A stretch of DNA of 64,000 nt, from the NCBI GenBank assembly GCA_964474445.1, contig CAYYSJ010000004.1, positions 185 to 64,184 on the forward strand. The letters are read 5' to 3'. Source of the DNA: an uncultured Gammaproteobacteria bacterium (GTDB taxonomy: Bacteria; Patescibacteriota; Microgenomatia; Levybacterales; UBA12049). Below the pieces are notes generated by a model. That model searched no databases, was not told the origin of the DNA, and saw only the letters and a program-made list of their open reading frames with translations. The position numbers and the translations under genes were made by a program. This document shows, in pieces, positions 38,111 through 49,700 of the stretch; position 1 is the stretch's first letter, and each line of letters begins with the position of its first letter.

Positions 38111-40183
38111 CTATTTCCCAGGAGTTGGGGAAGGGGAAACCAATGGTAGCTGTTGCTTCTGTGGGGGAATAGTTGCCTGAGGAGCTGGTAGAGATAATTG
38201 TTGTTGCGTTTGCGTTGGTACTACTTTTGTTGGGGTAGCTCCTGAATTCTGGTTACCAGCTTTTGCCTGTAAATCATCTATTTCGCTTTGTACTTTAGCA
38301 CCATTTGTTTTATCAGATCCAATAAGTTGTTTCACAACTTGGAGTGCTGCTAATGCATTTTGATAATCCTGTTTTTGCAAATAGGAGTGTGCTATGTTGT
38401 AATATGCATTTGCATAATCTTGCTTTAGGTTAGCTGCAATTTGAAACTGGCGTATTGCATTATCATATTGTCCAAGCTGGTAATAGAGTCCTCCTAATGT
38501 TAAGTATTCCTGCGGATTCGTTGGGTCAAGAGCCACTGCTTGTTGGGTTGCAGCAATTGCAAAATTATCTGCATTTTGTCCAATACCAATAAGAGTTCTG
38601 TAGACAGATGCCAAATTCTGCCATTCAATTGATGATGCAGGAGAAAGAGTCGTTGCTGTCTTGCCAGCAGCGATTGCTTGCTGAATAAGGGTAAATGCTG
38701 TTTGTTGTGACTGAGCACTTGGGGAAGCTCCATTTCTTGTATTCAAAAGTAATAGAGAGTTAGCAAGTGCTATATTAGTTTGTGAAAAGATACGATAGTA
38801 TCCACTTCGATACGGAAAAGTAGTAATAGCTTGTGTCTCTAGTCTGTAAGCTACCGTCCCACTATTATTACTCGCTGAAACGAGCGCTTTTTGGAAAGTA
38901 AAATCTGACATAACAAAGGTCGTTGTATAAAATCCTGAAAAGACAACTATTGCTAAGAGGAAGACAAAAGCAAAAAGAGGTGTGATATTATTTTTCGATC
39001 GTTCTCCCTCACTTGGTGTTGAAAAACTAAATATACCTTTTTTCAATGTAACAAATTGAAATTCAACTTCAAAAAAACGTGTGTTATCATGTCGTACCTG
39101 AACCAAAGTAAAGACAGCTAACAAGAGAAACAGAAGTGTTACTATGGTGTAGGAAAAAGGCATTAAGAAGGAAATGGTCATTAAAAGAAGAAGCGCAATA
39201 TATGCAGGATTTTTAGTTTTGGATCCTTTGTATGATACTAATTTCACAATAAGGAAAATGTAGGAAAGGATGCCCACAATTCCTGTTGTTGCCAAAAGCT
39301 CAAGGAAAAAACTGGAAGATGTTCCAAAGGTAATATACCAAAGGGGATTTGCATTGAAGGAGATTGGCTTAAATCTGGTAAAAACTTCTACATAATTGCC
39401 AAATCCTGATCCAAAAAAGAATCCTTGCGCAACTCGTCCAGCATCTTGGGAAATTGCTGCAAATGCTGTCTGAAACCCTACTTCAAATGGCAAAAGGTTT
39501 GGCTTTTGGGAGGTAAATAGGAGATACACTGCTTCCAATAACCCAAGGAGGATAATCCCACCAAGTCCTGCAAACAATACCCCTTGAGTCGTTTGTCTCT
39601 TTTTTAATAAAGGAATAGAAAGTGTTGCCGCTATTATAAATAGTACAGCGAGATAGAGTGCCTGATCCAGATATGTCCCAAAAGGAGTGAATGTTGCAGA
39701 ATGTGTTGAGCTGAATGGCAGTAAATACACTTTATAATGATTAGCAAGACTTACAAGTCCTGCTAAGGCTCCACCACTTAACAGAGAAATAAGCAAAAAT
39801 CCAAGGCTGTTTTCTCGTCTTGAGGTGTTGTTAATAACAAAAAAGCCAAGGATGAGATATAGGTAGGGTACCGTTGCAATAAGGCTGTTGACCTTATCTA
39901 TTGCAAAAACAGAAGAAAGGAGTAATGCTACTCCGAAAAGCAGAACTGGAATATCAAATGGGGTACGACGGATTCGTACTTGACCATCTAGGAGCATTTT
40001 TACTCCCCATAACAAAAGAGATAATAGTACTACTCCTCCCAAAAGTATTTGCTTAGGTAAGACAATACCATCTGTTGTTAATGGAGTAAAGAATAGAGGG
40101 AACAGGAATAGGGAAATTCCCCAGATAAAAAGTAGTCCAGTTTCAAGATAGGTACTAAATTTTTGGCGAGTTTCAGCATTCAT
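38111..40183 (-). CDS. O-antigen ligase/polymerase (Wzy_C)-like membrane protein with C-terminal TPR repeats
   Basis: ~12 TM helices in N-terminal 400 aa typical of O-antigen ligase family, then TPR-like 'AIAATQQAVALDPTNPQEYLTLGGLYYQLGQYDNAIRQFQIAANLKQDYANAYYNIAHSYLQKQDYQNALAAL'. Confidence 0.7.
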   Translation of the reverse strand: MNAETRQKFSTYLETGLLFIWGISLFLFPLFFTPLTTDGIVLPKQILLGGVVLLSLLLWGVKMLLDGQVRIRRTPFDIPVLLFGVALLLSSVFAIDKVNSLIATVPYLYLILGFFVINNTSRRENSLGFLLISLLSGGALAGLVSLANHYKVYLLPFSSTHSATFTPFGTYLDQALYLAVLFIIAATLSIPLLKKRQTTQGVLFAGLGGIILLGLLEAVYLLFTSQKPNLLPFEVGFQTAFAAISQDAGRVAQGFFFGSGFGNYVEVFTRFKPISFNANPLWYITFGTSSSFFLELLATTGIVGILSYIFLIVKLVSYKGSKTKNPAYIALLLLMTISFLMPFSYTIVTLLFLLLAVFTLVQVRHDNTRFFEVEFQFVTLKKGIFSFSTPSEGERSKNNITPLFAFVFLLAIVVFSGFYTTTFVMSDFTFQKALVSASNNSGTVAYRLETQAITTFPYRSGYYRIFSQTNIALANSLLLLNTRNGASPSAQSQQTAFTLIQQAIAAGKTATTLSPASSIEWQNLASVYRTLIGIGQNADNFAIAATQQAVALDPTNPQEYLTLGGLYYQLGQYDNAIRQFQIAANLKQDYANAYYNIAHSYLQKQDYQNALAALQVVKQLIGSDKTNGAKVQSEIDDLQAKAGNQNSGATPTKVVPTQTQQQLSLPAPQATIPPQKQQLPLVSPSPTPGK

Positions 40184-40343
40184 AGGCAGTATTCATTCAC
40201 TGTAACAATTAGAAAAGCATAATGTCAAGGATAAAATTAGCTACAGGTTTAACTGTAGTACCAGGCAGTTTTTGCCTTTGGTATGAGTCTTCGCTCATGT
40301 TATTGGGTAATCTTTCCAAGCTGTATCTGCCTTTCAAGCATAA

Positions 40344-40715
40344 TCAATTTTGTCTAGAATAGCCTTGGTAGAAGTTTTGTATGTTTTCTTTTTGTGAGTC
40401 ACTCAGATATGAATCAGAAAGCGCTTCAAGTGCTACCAGAACAGATAGTCCTTGAAATCCAAAGAGTATATAAACACCATAATACAAAAGATCCGTTCCC
40501 CACGCATTTGGAATCAATGTATATCCTTTCATTGTATAGGTATACGAATCAACAGAAGGAAGTGCATGATGCCGCCAGATATGTTTTCCAGTACTAAGAT
40601 GATGGAAGACATCTCCTTCTGTTCCAATAGGATGGAGGAAATACAGAAAAATACCAACGAAGTACAAGATAAAAAGGGTAAGGAAGGCAATCTTTCTGCT
40701 AGAGAAAAGCTTCAT
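40344..40715 (-). CDS. Small hypothetical membrane protein
   Basis: Two to three hydrophobic helices; no motif. Confidence 0.35.
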   Translation of the reverse strand: MKLFSSRKIAFLTLFILYFVGIFLYFLHPIGTEGDVFHHLSTGKHIWRHHALPSVDSYTYTMKGYTLIPNAWGTDLLYYGVYILFGFQGLSVLVALEALSDSYLSDSQKENIQNFYQGYSRQN

Positions 40716-40762
40716 AATAAAACTATTCTATACGAGACATAGGCCAAAGCAAACTGCCTGTT

Positions 40763-43700
40763 TTAGTTGATAATAAGCCAGTTAAAGGTGGTATCAATAT
40801 ATTGTTGGACTGGGATGCCCACTGTAAAGGACTTCCCACCAACTTGTCGAAGAAGATATGGTGTATAGGTCGTCTGGCCAACAGGCGTAATATAGATAAG
40901 AGACTTATCTGTCACCAATGGGTCATCAATAGTGACTTCCGTCTGGTGTGCTTTAATAGCTGCAGTACCAGCAGAGCCAGTTGCAACTACTTCTTTATCA
41001 CTCATTGCCAGAGCTGGTTGTACTGCATTGAAGTTAAGCTTTGCGATATTTGCTGCTCCAGATGCGATGACATTTCCAAGCTGGTCTATGTTGAAGATAC
41101 CAGAACCAGATGCATTCTGAACATTAAGAGTACTGGTTGCAAGAGCTGAGGCAGATGCTGAATTATCTCCAAGTCTTAAAGTGAGGTCTTTGTTATTAGC
41201 TAGTGGGGTAATAACATCTGCAGCCAAATTCTTTGCAAAGACTGCATTTCCTCCAACAGTTAAGTTACCATTGGTATCAATTGCGACAAGTCCTCCTTCA
41301 AAGACAACGTTTCCTTGTGCAAGACTTTGGATTTGGAATGTTCCACCTAAGACATTGACGGAATTGGCAGCGAGTATCAGTTGTGTTCCAATTGCCAATT
41401 GTCCCGTCACTGTCGTATCGGCAAGGGAAGTGGTACCAGTTGAGACAAGTCCCTGACCAAAGGTTGCCGTTGCTGCAGAGAGGTTTGGCACATATGCTAA
41501 GAAGCCAGAATACGAGGCTATGTTGGCATATCCTATCTGAGGACTTAGCAATCCTGAATTCGTGCTGCTAATAGAACTAGAGCCTATAACTGTATTCATC
41601 GGAGTAACGTTAGCAGATGGTGTGGCAAAGTAAATATTGGTGATATTTGTGATGTTTTGAGCAGATAATGTACCCACAGTTGCTTGAAGTCCAACAATGC
41701 TGTTAGCCTCAATTCTATTGGCGTGAAGTGTGCCAGAGACCGTAGCATCGCCATTTACTGCAAGATTTTGTGAGTTTAATTTTCCAGAAAATGTTGCATT
41801 ACCTGAATTATCGAAGCTAGCCACGGTTTGCTGTGAAATGGAATTCTTCACGCTTAGCCTGGAGTTTTCCAGGTTAAAAGCGATAGCTGAGGTAGACGCA
41901 AGTGGAGAAATAAGATTGGTGTGAATCTGGTCGACTTGACCAATGGGGGAGAGTGTTCCGTTTCCCCGTCCAGCCAGAACATCATTTACAATACCGGCAA
42001 CATAGTCATGTAGACTTTGTCCAGCAATAGAGACATTGTTGGTTGTAACAGCCAGACTCCCTGTAAGAACTTGTTGTGCTTGAACAGATCCTGCTCGAAG
42101 ATTCCCAACAACCAGCTCTAAGAAAGCACCCATTCGTGATACCGGATTGCCTAACACATCATTTAAGCTGTAATAGTGAGGAATAGTAAAGTCTGCAGAT
42201 GGAGAGGCATCAGTAATCTGCAGATCTCCAGTTGTAGCAAGGTAGACTTGTGGATCATACCAAGTTGATGTAGCATAAACATAGACTTGTCCACAAATTA
42301 CATTTGCTGGAGTTCCTGCAGGACAGGAGACAATCCCAACTTCTCCTGGTTCTCCATTTGAAGGGTCAAAGTTTTGCATTGCTTTCCCAACAATAAATCC
42401 TGCTTGAGTTGCTTTCATCCCATATCCTGCGATATTACTTGATGTAATAGCATCACCAGTTTTAATTGGGCCATTAATGGTAGAAACATAAACGGGTGCA
42501 CGACCAGCCAAATCAATTGGAGGACGATTGCTAGGAGTAATAGTAGAATTCTTACTTACAGTGACATGGTTTTCTTCAATAATAAGTGCTGGATGAGTTG
42601 AAGCAACACCTAATATTGCATGAGAGTAGGCTGTAGTAGTTTTTTGTACTAGTTTGCCGTTCGTAGATTCAGTTGTCCGTTGTGCTGCAGAAACGGATGC
42701 ATCGTAGTTTGTAATATCTATACCATTCCATGTCTTATCTGGTGAAGTTTCCACAATTTCACCAGGAGTGATAATTTGGTTCGACTTGTAAATTTCTGCG
42801 TAGTCAAAACTATGCCCAGAACCATCTAGGAAAACTGTTCCACCTCTCCAATTGATAAAAACGGGAGCAATACTCGTACAAATATTTACTCCCTGTAAAT
42901 ATCCACCACCATTGCTATTATCAGCGCCCATGTATAAGGTGTAGTTACCACAACCTCCACCATTTGCATCAATTTCAACACCATTATTTGCATGTTCATT
43001 GTTATTCCTATTACCAGTGTTATGATTATTAATATCTACCCAGTCTGCAGTGCTGTCATTCCCTATATTTACTTGGCTATCATTTCTAACACCAAAAACA
43101 TAACCATTGTTTCTATTATAGAGTCCAAAAACAGTGCCTCCTAAGCCTCCTACACCTGGTCCTAATGCCCACACATGGTCATTGCCGTTTGTTGAGGTTG
43201 GATTGCTTCCCACAGCTGTTGCTCCACTAATAAAAGCAATACTCGCTTCACTATTACTGCCTGTATCTGCAACTTGGAATACCCCCCATGGAGATGTCGT
43301 ATTCACAACAACAGTTTTTTGATCTGCTCCATTACCATTAATATATACCTGTTGTGTTGGATTAGTTGTTCCAATACCTACGTTGCCAGAACTATTGATC
43401 CATAAGGCATTATCATGGAAGGACTCGCTGTAGGTATTCGCATTCAACGATGTAGGTAGAACAGCAAACAGATTTTGCCATGCATCGCTACCACTTGCAG
43501 TATTATGGTAAAGGAAATTCCAGTTTGCATTTGCGCTTTCATTTGTTCCTCTTTCGTTGAAAAAATATCTGTTTAGATCTAGCTCATCACCAAAGATAAC
43601 TTGGTTGACACTCCAATTACCATTTCTATTTCCTCGTAATTCTAAGGTGGGAGCTCCAGAAGATTGGTATAATTGCAATTGATAGTTGGGATTCGCAGTC

Positions 43701-46700
43701 CCTATCCCTACTTGCCCATTAATAAGTGCCATTGTTGAACTTCCTGCTCCTCCATTGGTGTTGAACAATAGGTGTTGACTTGTTCCCTGTACTCTTAAGA
43801 CTAAATCATTTGCAATTGTATCGGTTGAATATTGACCACCTGAAGTTGCTAGTCCAAGTAGTCCTTCTACTGTGCCAGAGTTGTCTATAGCTATTCTTGG
43901 TGCATTTGTTCCGTTGAGGGTGATACCGGTGGCTACAGTCGTTGTATTTATATATAAGCTGTCAGTTGGATTCGTTGTCCCTATACCAACATTTCCTGCA
44001 ACGACAAGAGATGTTCCGGATGCTGCTGGATCTAAGAAGTAATTGGTGTTCTGTAAATCTTTAAATGAGGATGCTGTGATAACACCAGTATTACTTAATA
44101 TAAACTGTGTTGCTCCAGATGCTGAAGCTGTCATGATATCTCCTGCACCAGGCTGGTTAACCGTGATTGCTGCATTAACTCCTGTTGTATCTATGTTAAG
44201 AATAGTATTCCCAGATGCATTCTGAAATTGCATTGCAGTTGGGGAGTTGACAAGGGAGCGGGAGAGAAGATTACCATTACTATCAACTCGGAATGCGTCA
44301 GCAAATCGAGCAGAAGAGGTTGCTCCAAAAGCAAGATTATCAAGTCTTGTTGAGAGTTGATTTGTCACTCGAAGGACAGAGTCAATATTCACATTAGACT
44401 GGGTAAGATTTGTGCCAAATGGATTGTAGGACGATGCAAGAACTTCTTTGAGAAGGGTATCTTGTGTTTCCATCCACGTGTTTCCTGATCCTGCATTATT
44501 GGATCCGATAATAAGTCCTATGCCATTGCCATAGGATTGGCCAGCAGCAATACTTTGAACAAAATTATTATTGACACTTGTACTCCATGCTGTACCAACA
44601 TCGTCTTTAGTATTGATAGAAGTTGAATATAAGTCGGTTACTGTATCTGAATCAAGCCCAATAACAGAAACACCCCCGCCTTGAGTGCCGACATAAAGCT
44701 GACCGTTCTGCATATTTGCAGCAACTGCTGAAACATTGGAGTTTCCGTTTGCCAATTTCTGATTTGAGTCTGCTCCTGTTACAACTCCTCTGATTGTTTT
44801 ACTGGTATGATTTTGTAAAGCATGATATCCAACTTGATACATATGGATAATTGCTGAAGGAGTAAGAGCACTTGCTTTCACAAATGGTCCATCGATAGAG
44901 CCAGTAAACTTAGTTGATCCATCTCCGCCTGCCCCAATGCCGAAATTAGCTGTCCCAACTACAATAGAGCCTGAGGTTGTGAGCGAGCCAGCTAGGATAC
45001 CATCCCGATAGAGTTTGAAGGTTGTTCCGTCGTATGTTACCACAGCAAAATGCCAGTTATTATCATTGGACGTTTGAGTATCATCAATAATTCTTGTGCC
45101 TCCATTATTGATGGCTGCTCTCAGTTTACCAGCAGCAAGATCACCAATAGACAAAAGGTATGCAGGGGTTATTGAAGAGCCATCCCATTTAGTGACAATC
45201 CTTCCAGTGTTACCACTTGTTTTGTACCATGCTCCGTAAGACCAGGTCGTACCTCCAGAGTCAAGCTTAGATGCCCCTCCACAAGCAGCATTAGTACAAG
45301 ACAAATAAGCGGTTGACCCGTCAAACGTTAACGCTGTCCCCCTCACACCTGATGCAGAATAGGTAACCGATCCATTTGCCGTAAGGGTGATGCCTTTGAC
45401 TGATGCATCGTTGATATTTCCTGATGTTTCGTTGAATGGCCACATCCCACGTGTATCTCCCACCATATCATCAGTAATATAGTTACTGTTGTAGTACTTT
45501 ACAGAAGCGTTGGTTGGATCTCCTTTCTTGAGCTGGAAAGCCATAACAGATCCATTACTACCTTGAGCTCCAAGATAGACAGTATCAGAGATGCCATCGA
45601 CGATTGATGTACCTTCTGTCACAACCATAGAAGTTGGAACAAAGGTTGCGGATGTACTTGCAGGCCCGGCAGTCAAGGAAAGGGAAGAGAAAGTATTATT
45701 ATCTGTTGTTGTTGCACCATAATTTGTTGTTCCACCCTGATTAGCATAAACCTCATCAAAAAGAGTGTTATTGCCAGAACCATTCTGTGCGTTGTACTTA
45801 ATCTTTAAAGCATAGTTAGAAGCAGTCGATGAATTACCAACAGTGGCATATAATGTTCCTCTTGAGGTAAGCCAGACATTTTGAGCATTAGCATTTGGAC
45901 CGAAGTTGGCAACAAGGCTCAGTAGTGACTCATTAATAAGCGTAACAGCTCCATTAGTGCCACCGGCCGTTGCAAGGACAATATACGTTTGACCATTTAT
46001 CACGTTCACTGCCACATCATTGATGGTTGCATTTGGTGTATTGAGATAGATATTAGGCATCAAAGTGTAGGTTGTTGTGCTATTTCTTCCTGAGATGTTG
46101 GTATTTGAATTCACAAAGTATTGTCCAGCATTACTGGAAGATAGGATCTTATAAGAAGTATCATGCTTGAAATCAATAACGTAGAAGCCTCCTACTGAGC
46201 CATTATTCCCAAAGTAAATTTCTCCATTAAGAGCGGCAATACTGGAGCCAGTAGAATTAGTGGTTGGACCAATCATTTGCTCGGTTGCTCCAGAGCCTTT
46301 GTTAAATGCCATCCATAAAGAATTATCTTTTGCATCAAAAATATATAAATTAGTTGTGGTGACGACGAGGATTGCTTTTCGTGGGAAAGCCTGCTGGCCA
46401 CATCTGGTATTTGTCCCAATAACACAGGTATCAGCTGTGGTTCGAGACTCGTTGTACCAAGAAGATGCGGGAGCCTTGTCATCATTTGTCCAACGACCAC
46501 CATCTGAGTCTTTTGAGGTATCATAGAAAAGAACTTTTTGGATATTTGAAATACTTTGGAGATTTTTGTGCCCACCAATAGTGAGGTCTCGATTATCAAG
46601 AGTCATGTATGAATGATCTGATGAGGCAACATTAATAACCTTGCTCGCAGCAGGGAGAACTCCTGCATTGTTATTAACTTTTGGATCATTTGGTGTAATC

Positions 46701-49700
46701 GCAACAGTTCCAATATTGACGCCTGATCCAAATACCTGGAAATGAGCAGAGGCAGTTGAATTACCCCCTATTACTAAGTCATTGTTTGTGTTTGAAGGAG
46801 CAAGTACGCCACCATTGGAAAGTTGCCAGAATCCAGCAATACCGCCATTGGCAGGAGTGACAATTTGTCTGACATAAAGAGTATTCCACTCTTTACCGCC
46901 TTGTGTTGGATCAGAGCCTAAATTATAGGTATCTGTTACATTTGGAATAAGACTATTTTTAATAGTACCGTCATTAGCAATGGTAAAAAGAGGAGTTCCG
47001 GATGTAGATGCAGTAAAGACGTCTCCTAGCCCAGATTGATTAACAACAAAGGTCGCATTGCCAAGAGAGTTCTTTGAAATAGTAAGCCCACTTGAAGCAA
47101 GGGGGGATGTTGTCCCTATTCCAACACTACCACCGTTATTGATGTATAAGCGACTAGCATTATTTAGTACATCATAAATATTAAAGTAGTCAGCAGTTGT
47201 ATTTGGGTCATACACTTCAAGTTTAAATCCACGGAACTGATTGTTTTGTGGGGATATACGTATTGACCCATAATTATCTGTTACTGGTCTTTGTCCGATT
47301 ACAAGGTTATCAAAATTAGGATCAATAGTACTGGCTGTTGCTGATATTATCGCTTGCCCTCGAACATCAAATTTTGCACCAGGGGCGTTTGTCCCAATGC
47401 CAATATTACTGCTTGCTGCAAGGAAGAGAGATGGAGTGGAAAGTGTTATTCCTTTATCTCCACCAACTGAATTATAGAAGGCAAGAGTACCGCCATTAAG
47501 GGAGTTAACTGCAGTTGCAGAGCCTCTAAAGGTTATATTTCCTGATGTACTTGCTGTTCCAGCTGGAACTGTTCCTAAGTCATTTGTATAGGAATTGCTA
47601 AAGATTTGGAACTTTGCAGAAGAAGTAGACGTCCCACCAATTGCTAGGTCATCGGTAATAGTAAATGGTGAAACAACCTGATTAAACCTCTGCCAGAGAC
47701 CATCATAAGTCCCAGATATAAAAAGATTTGTGATGTAGGCTGAGCCAAAGTTGTTTGTTGCTGAGCCTAAGTTAATAGTTGCAGCGGTTGGAATAATACT
47801 ATTTGAGAATTGGCCATTTGGGAAAATAGTATTTGTACCTGATGAGCCAAGGATGAGATTTCCTCTAAAGGTATTTGTTCCATTTGCATTTCCCAGATTT
47901 ATTCCATTTGTTGCCCCTCCACCGATATTAAGAGTAGTTGCTGTAGTATCAAAGAGCCCAACTGTGCCTTGAGTTGTTTTAATATTTGCACCACCTAATG
48001 TGAGGTCCCCATTGTTATTCAACTGAAGCTGAGTTGTGAGGCCACTATCACCACCCACTGAAGTTTGAACTTTCAAGATACTACCGTTTAATAAGTTAAC
48101 ATTAGTCATTGCTCCTCTAAAGGAAAGTCCTCCGGATGAGGTGGCTGTGCCTGCTGTGTTGATTCCTTGGGTGGTGGCAAACACTTGCCAAGGAGTGGCA
48201 GAGCCTGTTGCGTTACCACCGACTGCTAAGTCATTCCATGCGTTGACGGGGGAGAGGACGTTACTTGTTAATTGCCAGAACCCTGATGTTCCACCGCCAA
48301 CTGGTGCAATGAAGTTATTTGCATAGACAGTTCCCCAATAGTGAGTTGGATCACCAAGGTTAATCGTTGTTGATGAAGGTAAAACATTCTGGTTAACCAG
48401 GCCGTTGATGGTTACTGTGTTGCTTGTATTTGTTCCTAGAGTAGTATTCCCATTCACAGACAAAGCTCCTTGCACTGTTGTTGTTCCGCTTACATTGCCA
48501 ATATTGAGTGTTGTTGCTGCTCCACCAAAGGTGATTGAGGTTGGAGTACCAAAGAGTGTGAGTGTTGAACGATTATCATCAATAGTTGGTGTTCTAAAGG
48601 TTGTCGTTCCCGTTGTTGCACCAATCGTGAGTGTTGATGCAGAACCTGCAAAGGTAAGATTAGATGGAGTCCCAAGTAGAGTAAATACACTTGTTGTTGT
48701 ATCAAGAGTTGGTCCATTGACTATGACATTGCCAGTAGCATTATGAGGAGTAAGAGTAATATCACCTGTTGTGCTCCCGCCAACTGTAAGGTTTGCAAAG
48801 TTCGCTGTCTGAATGGTTCCATTTGCTGTTATATAGGTAGAATTTCCGTTCAATCCGCTTGAAACAGATGCAGTTGGTGTTCCAGATCCTATCATGTTCA
48901 GGACAGCAAATTTTGCGGAATTGGTTGCGCTGCCACCAACAAACAAATCAACTGTGCTATTAACCGGATAAATTGCACCGTTAATAGTATCAAGCGTCCA
49001 CCAGCTTCCATTTGTTCCAGTACCGCAACTTCCCCAAGTAGGATTTGCTCCACCAATAAGACATTGGTTCGTTCCTCCTGTTGGTGTTTGTTTAAACAGT
49101 CCAGTAGTATCTGCGTAAAGAACACCACCATTATTGGTATAATTTGTAGATAAAATAGCCCCAGAGTTTTGGAGTCTGAATTTGGTTGTACCAGAAGATG
49201 AGGCCGTTAATAAATCGCCAGCAGAATTCAAAACATTAATAATTACCCCTGCATTTCCTAACGTATTCTTTTCTATATCTAAAGCAGTTGCAGTAAAAGG
49301 TGCAGCTCCAATCCCAAGTGTTCCAGTAATTTGTGATGCCCCAGCACCATTGACATTAAGTGTCCCAGCAATTTGTGATGTTCCCGTACCGTTGACAGTA
49401 AGTACTCCTGCAATGGTGAGAGCACCAGCATTGGTAATCTTATTTGAAGAACTGAAAAATTGGATGTCTCCTCCTGTTGTATTTGTGCCAAGCGTGATTG
49501 TTCCTGTTCCGGCTAAGATAGCAAGAGTATTATTGCTTGTTGTCGTAATTGTTGGATTCGTACCGGTAAGAGCAACCGTTGCAGCAGCAAGGCTGACTGT
49601 TCCTAACCCATTATTTGGTGAAAGGGTAATACCACCAGTTGTATTACCTCCAATGGTAAGTGGCAAACTATTCGTTGTTTGGACACTGCCTGTAGTGTTA